Below are positions 44,630-54,177 of a stretch of 64,000 bases of DNA, piece by piece. The translations under genes and the position numbers were made by a program. The DNA is from an uncultured Pirellulaceae bacterium (GTDB taxonomy: Bacteria > Planctomycetota > Planctomycetia > Pirellulales > Pirellulaceae). Below the pieces are notes generated by a model. The model did no database searches, was not told the origin of the DNA, and worked only from the letters and a program-made list of their open reading frames with translations. Position 1 is the first letter of the stretch. Every line of letters begins with the position of its first letter. The stretch covers positions 1,202 to 65,201 of the forward strand of contig CAYWIS010000003.1 in NCBI GenBank assembly GCA_964458385.1, given 5' to 3'.

Positions 44630-45737
44630 CGGGTTCTAACCCGCACATGCTACGCCTTGCGTTTTGCTCGCGGCCCTGCTATTTCGCTTTCCAGTGCACA
44701 CTCTTAGGTAGCCGTACTGAACGCTCGGGCCGGCTTACAAGGATGGAAATCACCTGAAAGAACCGGCATTGGTTCGGCGACAATGGAAGACGCTGGTGAA
44801 GCAGCATGATCCTCTTAGCACGACGCATTCATTCGATCTTGGACACTTACCGCATCCGCAAAGGCCAGCGAACGCCGTTGGTCATGGGAGCCCCTCCAAA
44901 ACCGGGCCCAATTCCACTTCTTGCCGCTCTACTGCCCGGATAGCAATCGAATGGAATGCGTCGGGAAGAACCTACGCGATCCTACGACCAGCAATCAAAC
45001 CCACTCCCCACTGCAGGAGGTGCACGTCTGTCTGCGTTTCCTCGTGGTATCTACCGTCATCCACCCGCCCCCAACATGCCTCCTAAAGCCTTATACCGAA
45101 ATTTCGATAGGCTATTCGTCTAATGTAAACCGCACCGTTACCGCGCATGTTATGTAGACGCCTCCCGCGCGTTCATTGGGGGAGCAGTTCGGTGTTCGTG
45201 GGTCCTGCCCCAATTCCTTTACAACCATGTCCCAAGCTCGTCAGCAGCAATCATTGCCTAGCGGAGCATTCTTCAAGCATCCTTTTGCGAACACGTCAAT
45301 CAAATCGAGAATCCCTCGATTCTCAAACAATTTCGAATGAAGGCTTACCCAGTGCGGCGTCCTGTGGTGGGTTCAATGGGAGAGAACTGTTGCAGCATCT
45401 GGCACCAACCAAGTGACGCACAAACGCGCACGTCGACGTCGTTCCTCGCAACAATCAGCTGATCACACTCGCGTACATCGTTCTCGGCGGTAGTAAACGC
45501 AGAACGTCGCGGAACAACACGAGTTGGTTTAAGTTCTCTCTCCCACAGCGCTATTTTTGACACTGAACATGTTATGACGTAGGTTTCTTTTGACGCGTGA
45601 TGCACGCCTCAATCGGGTGTCGCCTGTCAGCTCCCGAGACTTGTCTCACTAATGGGCTGCATCGGCCAATTCTCGTCGCGCCATTCGGCGTCGGCCTTGT
45701 GACTCATCCGTGCAAGGGGCCCTACGGGGCGCATTTC

Positions 45738-46211
45738 ATGATCCAAACATTGGCGGAACCTAAGCGCGGTTGCGCACCAATTCGACGAATACTCAATACC
45801 CTTGAGCAGTCTGACTCGCCAAACGTGCGAACAACGGCCTCCCAAGACGACCCCGTGGCGTCACGCGTGCTGGCGGCGCTGATGCATAAGAACGTTCACC
45901 GTAAAGGGAGAGAGCGCCGCAGCGAACGCCGCTATCCGTATCCCCACCCCGTTTATCTCACGCCGCTGGCAGGCGAAGTCCCGTTGGTCGAAGAAACCGT
46001 TCAAGTGCACGGGAAACATCTCTCGGCGCACGGCTTCGACTTTTACCATCGTGAACCGCTCCCTTACCGCCGCATGATCGCCTCGCTCTTGGTCGATGGC
46101 GCTTGGGTCGGCCTGATTCTGGACCTGATGTGGTGCCGATTTACCGGCGCCGGCATGTATGACAACGGTGGGCGTTTTATTGCCCCCGCTAAGTCGCCGT
46201 TGGCAACATGA
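45738..46211 (+). CDS. PilZ-domain-like protein
   Basis: ORF 45597..46211, with the start tentatively at the ATG at 45738. RERRSERRYPY (RxxxR) is followed about 40 aa later by HGKHLSAHGFDF, a variant of the (D/N)xSxxG motif with His at the first position. Confidence 0.45.
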   Translation: MIQTLAEPKRGCAPIRRILNTLEQSDSPNVRTTASQDDPVASRVLAALMHKNVHRKGRERRSERRYPYPHPVYLTPLAGEVPLVEETVQVHGKHLSAHGFDFYHREPLPYRRMIASLLVDGAWVGLILDLMWCRFTGAGMYDNGGRFIAPAKSPLAT

Positions 46212-46573
46212 GATGACGGCCGAGCCGTAAACTTCGGGCCACCTGTTTTCCCAGCAATAACGGCGGATAAAAACCACTCAATCTCTCTTCCTACTTCCTT
46301 TTTTACCCCACTTTGCGTTTCGACAAATCCGAAACGCAGAGCTTCGCCTTGACGACGAACCCTAGTTCGTCGATCGACATAACCTCCCGAGGCGGCCATG
46401 AGCCGCCACCCTCCGCCGGACCGTCCCCACGCGGCCCGGCGATTTTTGTTACATCGTATCTTTCCTAAGAAACAGTACCGCGAAGTGCGAGTAAGACTTG
46501 CCGCGTCGAAGAGAGGCCAGTTGCGCCTGGACTCTGTGCCCCGCACCAGTGTCTTTTGCAAACGCAGCGTTAC

Positions 46574-47164
46574 TCACGAAACGAGCGTTACAGAGTCTTT
46601 GGCTTCCCCAAGGAACGGGGCCCAGCTTGGTAGCCGGACCGCTACCGCGTAAAGCGGCCTCCAAGCAGGCCTTACCGGGCGGCGACAGAGATGCATGTTG
46701 GCCTGCTCCGGCGTACGATCGGCCTTGCGGCGGTTACACTCCAGACACGCTAGAACGCAGTTCTCCCATGACGTTGCACCGCCGCGCGACCGAGGCAGTA
46801 CGTGATCCAACGTCAACTCATGGCGGCCTGGTTGTCGGCCGCAGTACTGGCAGGTCAACCGGTCCCGCTTGAAGACATTTCGTTTGCTAAAGGCCACAAC
46901 GCCATCGGGAATGCGGTCATAGTGCGCCAAGACCAGTACTTCCGGAATACGCAGTCGGAGCGTCACGCCGCGAATAACCGCCTCGTCCTGTCGAGACGGC
47001 ACGGCTATCCAGTCATCCCAGTTGTACAACTGATAGTTCTCCGGGTCGACGACGCGCGCCGCATCACGCGCCAGCAAAATCAACGCGCGCTGCACCGTGG
47101 ATACATGAACCGGCTGCCAGTAACGGTTCAACAAGAGCGCCGGCCGTTGCAAGAGCGAAGCCAT
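46574..47164 (-). CDS. HNH endonuclease family protein
   Basis: 196 aa with an ATG start. The HNH core is CQYCGRQPGRHELTLDHVLPRSRGGATSWENCVLACLECNRRKADR. The N-terminal domain (LLLNRYWQPVHVSTVQRALILL) is typical of the widespread ~190-aa McrA-like family. Confidence 0.85.
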   Translation of the reverse strand: MASLLQRPALLLNRYWQPVHVSTVQRALILLARDAARVVDPENYQLYNWDDWIAVPSRQDEAVIRGVTLRLRIPEVLVLAHYDRIPDGVVAFSKRNVFKRDRLTCQYCGRQPGRHELTLDHVLPRSRGGATSWENCVLACLECNRRKADRTPEQANMHLCRRPVRPAWRPLYAVAVRLPSWAPFLGEAKDSVTLVS

Positions 47165-47335
47165 GGGTGTTGATAACCGAGATCAAGACGCAGGAATCAG
47201 ACCAGCGAGTAGCGGCAGGGCGAGTCGACGCCAGAGCATGGCCGCCCACTCCGCACAAACGTCAGATGTCGGACACCCAGAAGAGCAAGAAGGTTCATCG
47301 CGGCGGGGGGCAGATGCTCAGCCAATAAACTCCTG

Positions 47336-48436
47336 TTAACCGAGTACACGCCGATGAAAGCGTCGCTTCCACGCGAGAAGCTGCGCGCGTGGCGACGCCG
47401 CCGGATAATGCGTTACGCGGCCTAACGGCGTCATCCGCGGGTTCCAGCATTGCTTGATTTCGTGCGTGGCAACGCCCATATCGAGACAATGATCGCCTCG
47501 CCTAATGCTGTCACGTAACGTCCACGCCAAGAGTACGCTCCCTACGCCACAATGCGCCCAGGCAGGATCGTATCCCATCCGCAAGCCGTAGAGTGCGCCA
47601 TCGGTATGGTAATTGTACGAAAACGCGACTGCCTGACCGTTGAGTCGTAATACGGTGATATCGAGCGTTCCGTTTTGAGCCGCCAGAAAATGGGTATCAC
47701 GAAAGAAATCGGCCACTTGGGAATGGCAGAGTGTGGTGCCCGTCGCGGACCGTCCCTGCCAACTGCGGCGGGAGATCTCGACGCACTCATCATAGAGCGC
47801 CCAACGTGGATCCCCGTCGCCATAGGCGGCCCCCAAGGGACGATAGCGTTCGAGGATCGCGTCGCCTTCCTGTGCTAACCGCTTCTCGGCGCGACGTAAA
47901 TTATTGCGAAACTTGCTGCTCAAACCGCTGAAGTACGCATTCCAGGTGTCTGGCAGGTCAACGATACAAGTCGTCGCCCAAACGCCCGCGCGCGCCGAGA
48001 AGCCCGCCATTTCCATCGCCCGCTGGGTGCGCCCACCGTCCACCGTTTCGTCGATCCATCGTAGGTCCAGTACATCCCAATCGCGTTGCACTCGCCTCAA
48101 ATAAAGCATCGCTGTAAGAAGCGTTGCCGCTGGCTGTCCGCCAATTGGTCCGTAGAACGATCCCCAATCTTGTAGCGGATAAGTCAAGACGCGAATCGCC
48201 CCCAAGCGAGTCGCTTCGCGACGAAGCACCAGGGGGAGAATCCCAATGATCTCCCCGTGGCTGGAGGCGACCAGCACCCGCAATTCCTGGCCGTGTCCAA
48301 AGTGCCGCCAATACGCCAAGAGCCAGTCCAAAGAGTGAAAAAATGAGCCGCCGCGTGTCTGCGCGAGAAGCGCACTCCAGCGCAGTGAGCTGGATTTCAG
48401 ATGCTCAATCTCGCGAATTTCTTCGATCGACGGCAT
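47336..48436 (-). CDS. GNAT-family acetyltransferase (BioF2/CelD/FemAB-like domain)
   Basis: ORF 47336..48502, with the start placed at the ATG at 48436 (MPSIEEIREI). The C-terminal LNGQAVAFSYNYHTDGALYGLRMGYDPAWAHCGVGSVLL block is typical of Acetyltransf_6-type GNATs. Confidence 0.7.
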   Translation of the reverse strand: MPSIEEIREIEHLKSSSLRWSALLAQTRGGSFFHSLDWLLAYWRHFGHGQELRVLVASSHGEIIGILPLVLRREATRLGAIRVLTYPLQDWGSFYGPIGGQPAATLLTAMLYLRRVQRDWDVLDLRWIDETVDGGRTQRAMEMAGFSARAGVWATTCIVDLPDTWNAYFSGLSSKFRNNLRRAEKRLAQEGDAILERYRPLGAAYGDGDPRWALYDECVEISRRSWQGRSATGTTLCHSQVADFFRDTHFLAAQNGTLDITVLRLNGQAVAFSYNYHTDGALYGLRMGYDPAWAHCGVGSVLLAWTLRDSIRRGDHCLDMGVATHEIKQCWNPRMTPLGRVTHYPAASPRAQLLAWKRRFHRRVLG

Positions 48437-48712
48437 GGTGTACTGCAATCGTAGGTCGAATTTTTTCGATTTGCAGTTTACCGGATCCCCCCATACGGGC
48501 ATTTCTCCCGCAACCTGCTCTGGCAGGCAGATTCAACGACCATTTAACGACAACACCCATTCAAAATCTAACTGATTTCGTGTTGCATTTTGGCTTCACA
48601 TCATCTGACGGGTGCATGGCGGGAAACAATTGGCTACCTGTTGTGAATTCTTCCGCCTTGGCCCACCCTGGGCTCATAGATGAATGCGGCGGTCCTGTGG
48701 TAAGGTGGGACT

Positions 48713-49738
48713 ATGGAGAATACTCACCCATCGCACAAGGAAATACGTTCCCCAAGTGGCGAGGACGTTTACATTGCACAAGCCGCTGACAAGGCGCCGT
48801 TGCGGGCGCCAACGTTGGAAGAGGCGATAACGCCGCGCCGCCCCCGGTATGTCCGGCCGATCATTCTTTTCCTACTAACCTGTATTTCCACATTCTGGGT
48901 TGGCTCCACGCTCTGGCGCCCAAGCCTGTACGGCTTTTTCCCAGGTGACGACCCGTTCATGCCCTTTCGCCGCGCCGCTGTTGCGCACTGGGAGGAAGGG
49001 CTGATTTACATGGTTTGCCTGATTGGCATCCTGCTTGCGCACGAAATGGGACATTTTGTGGCGACAGTCATTTATCGCGTCCCCGCCAGTCTTCCGCATT
49101 TCATTCCCTTCCCCTTAGGTCCGTTTGGAACGATGGGAGCCGTCATCGCTATGGATGGCCGACGGGCCGACCGGCGGCAGATCTTCGACATTGGCTTGGC
49201 AGGTCCCCTAGCGGGGTTGGCGATCTGCCTGCCCGTAGCGTTCGTCGGGCTAATGAGGCTAGATTTCAGTCAACCTCAAACGGGGGGAGCAATTCTAGAT
49301 CTACCGTTTCTGTTGGTCTGGGCACTCGACTGGCTGCGTCCCGAAAGCTATGAGGCGTATCGACAACAAGGCGGCGTGTGGGTAGCCCAACTGAATCCGT
49401 ACTTCATGGCGGGTTGGTTTGGCCTGCTCGTAACAGCAATCAATATGGCCCCTGTTAGCCAACTTGATGGCGGGCACGTGATTTATACGCTACTTGGGCC
49501 GCGCGGACGGTGGATTGCACGCGGATTCATTCTGTTCGCTGTGGCGTACGTCGTATTCGCCAGCGCCTATGTTTGGACGGTCATGCTGCTTCTAGTGATC
49601 TTAATGGGCATTGACCATCCGCCCACGGCAAATGACCGAGTCCCACTCGGTCGAGCGAGAGCGTGTCTCGGGGCTCTTTCACTGACGATTCCATTCCTTT
49701 GCCTTCCGCCGCGACTTATCACTTTGGTGGGCATGTAA
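48713..49738 (+). CDS. site-2 protease family (M50) zinc metalloprotease
   Basis: It has HEMGHF in a TM helix, the second motif NMAPVSQLDGGHV, and multiple TM segments. Confidence 0.85.
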   Translation: MENTHPSHKEIRSPSGEDVYIAQAADKAPLRAPTLEEAITPRRPRYVRPIILFLLTCISTFWVGSTLWRPSLYGFFPGDDPFMPFRRAAVAHWEEGLIYMVCLIGILLAHEMGHFVATVIYRVPASLPHFIPFPLGPFGTMGAVIAMDGRRADRRQIFDIGLAGPLAGLAICLPVAFVGLMRLDFSQPQTGGAILDLPFLLVWALDWLRPESYEAYRQQGGVWVAQLNPYFMAGWFGLLVTAINMAPVSQLDGGHVIYTLLGPRGRWIARGFILFAVAYVVFASAYVWTVMLLLVILMGIDHPPTANDRVPLGRARACLGALSLTIPFLCLPPRLITLVGM

Positions 49739-49790
49739 AGGAATGCGCGCTCGTTACGAATGCCCCGATAGATCTCGAAGGCTGTTCGCA

Positions 49791-50213
49791 ATGTCGGACT
49801 TCACTCCCATCCTTCAGGCAACGCTAACGCCTATCGCCTTGATCTCGGGCGTGGGATTGTTACTGCTGAGCATGGTCAACCGGTATAACCATGCCATCGA
49901 CCGAATCCGTCACCTGTTACACGAAAAGAAGACGTGCGAGCCAGCGGACTTGCCCAAGCTCGATCGCTCCATTGAGGTGATCTATGCCCGCTGCAAAGTC
50001 ATGAAGAATGCGATTCTCTGTGTCGGCGTGAGTATTGTGGCAAGCGGCGCTATGGTATTCGCCACCGCTGTGGAAGAAATCGCCGGATTGGACCTGCTAT
50101 TAATCAAAGAATTGTTGCTGATCACCTCAGTGGGTTTGGTCGTTCTAGCCGCTGTTCTGTTTGTGATTGAAGTCAACTACTCTCTCCATGCATTACGGCT
50201 CGAACTCGAATAG
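49791..50213 (+). CDS. DUF2721-like membrane protein
   Basis: ORF 49743..50213, with an ATG at 49791 (MSDFTPILQATLTPIALISGVGLLLLSMVNRYNHAIDRIR). It has three hydrophobic helices, a pattern recalled for DUF2721. Confidence 0.65.
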   Translation: MSDFTPILQATLTPIALISGVGLLLLSMVNRYNHAIDRIRHLLHEKKTCEPADLPKLDRSIEVIYARCKVMKNAILCVGVSIVASGAMVFATAVEEIAGLDLLLIKELLLITSVGLVVLAAVLFVIEVNYSLHALRLELE

Positions 50214-50258
50214 CCGAAGTTCTTCCGTGATCGGCAGCGCAAGGCGATGCCAAGGCCA

Positions 50259-51797
50259 TTACTTTCGCAAATCGTAGCACATCAAGACGTCTTGCTCGCG
50301 AAGGTAAAGTTTGCCGTCGGCCACTACCGGATGGGCCCAGCTCTCGCGCTCCCGGTGTACCGGAGTGAAAACGCTCTTAAGGCGATACTCGCGCGGTGTA
50401 GCTTCAATTAAGGCCACCGTTCCATTCTGGTAACGGAAGATCAAATCACCATCCGCGTAAGCAACCGCGGCGGAACCCGTTCCCGGCCCTCGCTCTCGTC
50501 CCCCCCACATGATCTTACCGGACTTCAATTCGACACAAATCGGAAAACCGTTGTTGTGTCCGTGGCCCGCATAAATGTAACCGTCCACGAGGATCATCCC
50601 TCCGTGATGGTTTTGGAACGTCCGCCGGTCGAGACGATAAACCTCCTGCACTACGGCCTCGCCGCCGCGACCAACGATTCGCAAGAGGGCGGAACCGCCA
50701 TCGTCATAGCCCGACGAGCAGAAGATCAAATCGCCAGAGACGATCGGCGTAGGAATGTTCGCCGTGCCGTTGGAGATTTGATCGTAGCCCCACAGGAGTT
50801 TACCATCGTTAGCCCGCACACCGATGACGCCTTTGCCCGTCAACTGCACGTACTGCTTGACGCCGCCAGCATTGCTCAACACAGGCGATGAGTAGCCAGC
50901 GCCGCCATGGCCGCGCCCTTCTGGAGCCGACGGACAAGCCCAGATGACTTCGCCCGTTTCCTTTTTTAGCGACACAAGCATTGCGTCCCGGGCGCCTGGT
51001 GTGCAGATCAAACGATCGCCATCGACCAAGGGCGACTCGCTAAATCCCCAGCTTGGCCGCTCAGCGCCAAAATCACGGCCAAAGTTCTTGCGCCAGACCT
51101 CACGCCCCGTCTCTCGCTCCACGCACAGCAGGTTTCCGTCGTTATCTTCGACAAACACCAGATCGTCATCCACAGTGGGCGTGCCTGTGGGCTCACTACT
51201 CCCGCCAACGCGAGCCGACCACACTTCCTGCCCGTCCTCTGCATTGAGACAAATCAACTCAACCGTGCCGCCCCGGTTGCCCTGGGTATAGATTTTCCCT
51301 CCCGTGACGGCGACACTCGCAAAACCGTTTCCCAGGCCGCGTTTCTGCCATACCAGCGGCGGACCGTTTTCTGGCCAAGTATCGAGGAGGCCCTTCGATA
51401 ACGACACACCGTCACGATTGGGCCCCCGCCACTGTGGCCAATGATCATCCGACGACGAGGCTGAGCCTACCGAATCCGCCTGTCTTGTAGTCGCCTGTTG
51501 CCGATTGGCGCGACGCCGAGCAAGTTCTGCTCGCACATATTGTTGATCCTCATTGCTCAGCCTTGTTAGCGGCACACTGATGCGCTGGCCGTCTTCTCGC
51601 TCGAGCACGGCCCTGCCGTCCTTCACCTCAATCAGCGCTGCCTGAACTTGAAATCTTCCGGTGGAATCGCTCCACTGACGCCGTTCGCCTTCGTCCGCCG
51701 CATGCGCCTCGCGCCAAGGATATGACGCAACCTGGAGCGCAAGTCCTACGATCATACAAGTCAACAAGATCCAGAGATGGGCAAGGCGGTGGTGCAT
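50259..51797 (-). CDS. SHD1-domain plus PQQ-like beta-propeller repeat protein
   Basis: It has a signal or anchor segment. RQWSDSTGRFQVQAALIEVKDGRAVLEREDGQRISVPLTRLSNEDQQYV matches the SLA1-homology-domain-1 pattern common in planctomycetes. WPQWRGPNRDGVS and repeated propeller blades follow. Confidence 0.8.
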   Translation of the reverse strand: MHHRLAHLWILLTCMIVGLALQVASYPWREAHAADEGERRQWSDSTGRFQVQAALIEVKDGRAVLEREDGQRISVPLTRLSNEDQQYVRAELARRRANRQQATTRQADSVGSASSSDDHWPQWRGPNRDGVSLSKGLLDTWPENGPPLVWQKRGLGNGFASVAVTGGKIYTQGNRGGTVELICLNAEDGQEVWSARVGGSSEPTGTPTVDDDLVFVEDNDGNLLCVERETGREVWRKNFGRDFGAERPSWGFSESPLVDGDRLICTPGARDAMLVSLKKETGEVIWACPSAPEGRGHGGAGYSSPVLSNAGGVKQYVQLTGKGVIGVRANDGKLLWGYDQISNGTANIPTPIVSGDLIFCSSGYDDGGSALLRIVGRGGEAVVQEVYRLDRRTFQNHHGGMILVDGYIYAGHGHNNGFPICVELKSGKIMWGGRERGPGTGSAAVAYADGDLIFRYQNGTVALIEATPREYRLKSVFTPVHRERESWAHPVVADGKLYLREQDVLMCYDLRK

Positions 51798-52027
51798 GGT
51801 TTCTGGTATGTATGAGAATCAGATAGCCGGAAACAGCCTGTTCGGCGATGAGCCGGGTTTCGGACGGCGACCATTCCCCGCGAGGACCAGCGGATCCAGT
51901 GATTCGGAGTATCTCCGCCCTTTTTCAACCGCTTACTCACCCCCGACGTGGGTGCGTCTTAGAAATGAAAACCGCCCATTGCGGCATGAATAAATGGTCG
52001 GCTGATCACAAAGTATCACACAATTTC

Positions 52028-53119
52028 TCAAAATTCTTGACGCGGCTCCTGCTGCGTCAGGCAGTGGAACGATCCCAGCCCCCATACCAAGTCAAGCGAA
52101 GGTAATCCGCGCACTTCATGTTGGGGCATTAGTTCGCGAAGAATCCCTAATGCATGGTCATCGGCGGGATCGCCAAATTGTGGAACGAGCACCAACCCGT
52201 TGGCAATATAAAAATTGCAATAACATGCAGGAAGCCGCTGCCCATCGTAGTACTTCGGTGCGGGCAAAGGCAGCGGAATTACCTCCAGTTGTCTTCCGGT
52301 GGCGTCGCGCATTTCGCGGAAAGCGCGCAAGTTTTCCTGCAGAGGTTCGAAATTCTCATCCGACTCGTCTTCCGTTATTGCGGCGACGACCGTTCCCGGC
52401 CCCACAAATCTCGCCAGTTGGTCAATATGGCCATCGGTGTCATCGCCGGCCAATTCGCCTCGGGGCGCCCATAATACTTTCTTCGCGCCCAAGTAGTCCG
52501 CCAACAATTGCTCCATCCGTTCGCGCGACATATCTGGGTTGCGGTTAGGGTTCAATACGCATGAGGCGGTGGTCAGCACCGTTCCTTGGCCATCTCCATC
52601 AATGGCGCCTCCTTCGAGAACCACGCCGGTGGCAAACCGACGTCGGCCAGTCAATTCGGCGATCTGCCGTGGCACTTGGTTGTCGAGATCGTAGGGAGGA
52701 TATTTCCCGCCCCAGGCGTTATACTCCCAATCGACCAAGGCCGGAGGTTGGGTGCGCGAATTCAAAAAAGTGGGGCCGTGATCGCGAGCCCATGCGTCAT
52801 TCGTCCGGATGTCGTGCAAAATAATGTTTTCGCGCCCGCCTATAAATTTCTCCGCGACTCGCCGAACCTCGTCTCCCCCCGCCAACACATGAACTGGCTC
52901 GACTTCGGCGATTGCCAGCACCATTTGCGCGAATTCGTTGGACACCGGTTCGAATTTACCGGGCCAGGTCTTGGGGTTGTGCGGCCAGGCAACCCACGTC
53001 GCCGCATGAGGCTCCCATTCGGCAGGCCAGCGGTAACCCAAAGCAGCAGGCGAGTTGGAGGAAAACGTCAACACCGGTCGAGAGGCAGGAAACAGGGAGA
53101 AATCGGTACGCCGCGGCAC
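52028..53119 (-). CDS. aguA: agmatine deiminase
   Basis: 363 aa with a GTG start. It has PAD_porph family blocks (YRWPAEWEPHAATWVAWPH, NDAWARDHGPTF, EGGAIDGDGQGT) and the C-terminal catalytic Cys context GLGSFHCLTQQEP. Confidence 0.88.
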   Translation of the reverse strand: MPRRTDFSLFPASRPVLTFSSNSPAALGYRWPAEWEPHAATWVAWPHNPKTWPGKFEPVSNEFAQMVLAIAEVEPVHVLAGGDEVRRVAEKFIGGRENIILHDIRTNDAWARDHGPTFLNSRTQPPALVDWEYNAWGGKYPPYDLDNQVPRQIAELTGRRRFATGVVLEGGAIDGDGQGTVLTTASCVLNPNRNPDMSRERMEQLLADYLGAKKVLWAPRGELAGDDTDGHIDQLARFVGPGTVVAAITEDESDENFEPLQENLRAFREMRDATGRQLEVIPLPLPAPKYYDGQRLPACYCNFYIANGLVLVPQFGDPADDHALGILRELMPQHEVRGLPSLDLVWGLGSFHCLTQQEPRQEF

Positions 53120-53183
53120 TTGTTCCGCGACGCTCTAGTGAAGGATAATCGTAACCCATCCTGCCTGTTTACAAAACGAGCCT

Positions 53184-54002
53184 ATGCCTCTCTATCTTCG
53201 TTATCGAGTCGATACGACGATCCCTGTCGAAGTTGAAGGCCTTACGCCAGACGTTGTCCGGGGCAAATCGCTCCCCGAGATCGAACGAACGGAGATTTTT
53301 CACGGTAATCGAAGACTCCCTCTGGCCGAGCTTTTTCAGGTTTCGGGCGATCCCTCCGACGGCCAAATGATATGGGAAGGCGACTTATCGGGAGTCCACT
53401 GGATCGGCGCCAAGCTGCGAGAAGGTGTCATTCGCGTTGAGGGGAACGCCGGCCGCCACCTGGGAAGCGAAATGACCGGGGGTGAAATTCACGTATCCGG
53501 CGACGCGGGCGATTGGGTGGGAGGTGAAATGAAAGGGGGACTAATTCACGTTCGCGGCCGTGCCGGACACTTGGTCGGCGCCGCATACCGCGGCAGTCGG
53601 TTGGGCATGAAAGGGGGGACCATTTTGATTAACGGTGATGCGGGCAATGAAGTTGGACGCATCATGCGCCGTGGGTTGATAGCCGTGGGGGGGAATGCTG
53701 GCGACCTCGTGGGCTTCAACATGGCCGCCGGCGCCGTGTTCATCTTTGGTGAGGCAGGGATTCGCCATGGTGCGGGAATGCGGCGCGGCAGTCTGGGGCT
53801 GTTTGGCGCCAAATCTCCACGTCTGCTTCCTAGCTTCCGCTATGCTTGCCGTTACCGCCCAGTTGTTCTGCCGCTGATGTTCCGGCAACTTCGGCAGTAT
53901 GGCTTTCACGTACCCGACGAATTGGAGTCAGCCTTATTCGACCTGTATAACGGCGATCTGCTTGAGGGAGGACGGGGTGAAGTGCTGGTTCGGGCCGTGT
54001 GA
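53184..54002 (+). CDS. formylmethanofuran dehydrogenase subunit C-like / FhcC-like (GXGXG beta-helix) protein
   Basis: 272 aa. It has the repeated G-x-aG-x-x-G-x-x-M-x-GG-x-i-x-V-x-G beta-helix turns (GNAGRHLGSEMTGGEIHVSGDAGDWVGGEMKGGLIHVRGRAGHLVG...) characteristic of FwdC/FhcC and the glutamate synthase C-terminal domain. Confidence 0.8.
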   Translation: MPLYLRYRVDTTIPVEVEGLTPDVVRGKSLPEIERTEIFHGNRRLPLAELFQVSGDPSDGQMIWEGDLSGVHWIGAKLREGVIRVEGNAGRHLGSEMTGGEIHVSGDAGDWVGGEMKGGLIHVRGRAGHLVGAAYRGSRLGMKGGTILINGDAGNEVGRIMRRGLIAVGGNAGDLVGFNMAAGAVFIFGEAGIRHGAGMRRGSLGLFGAKSPRLLPSFRYACRYRPVVLPLMFRQLRQYGFHVPDELESALFDLYNGDLLEGGRGEVLVRAV

Positions 54003-54177
54003 AGCGAGGCAGTTTTGCAGTCTGCAGCGCCCCCGCGGGATGAACCAAACCAACGTCGTACCACCGTGAACGTTGTCTCCATTGCTTGCTTGTGGGCGTG
54101 AATCAACATACCATCGTAACTGTCCCCTCCCGATGCGAAATCCCTTCGCATCTACTCGTTCATGGCGTTCATATCCT

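Noticed and set aside
44769-45086. 105-aa plus-strand ORF (and overlapping 44921..45157)
   Set aside because: It is Ser/Pro/His/Thr/Arg-rich with no hydrophobic periodicity. It overlaps another equally unconvincing frame and is probably non-coding.
45345-45605. 86-aa minus-strand ORF in the gene-poor region
   Set aside because: It starts at a GTG, matches no recognisable family and has no supporting neighbour context. It is kept only as part of the gene-poor-region finding.
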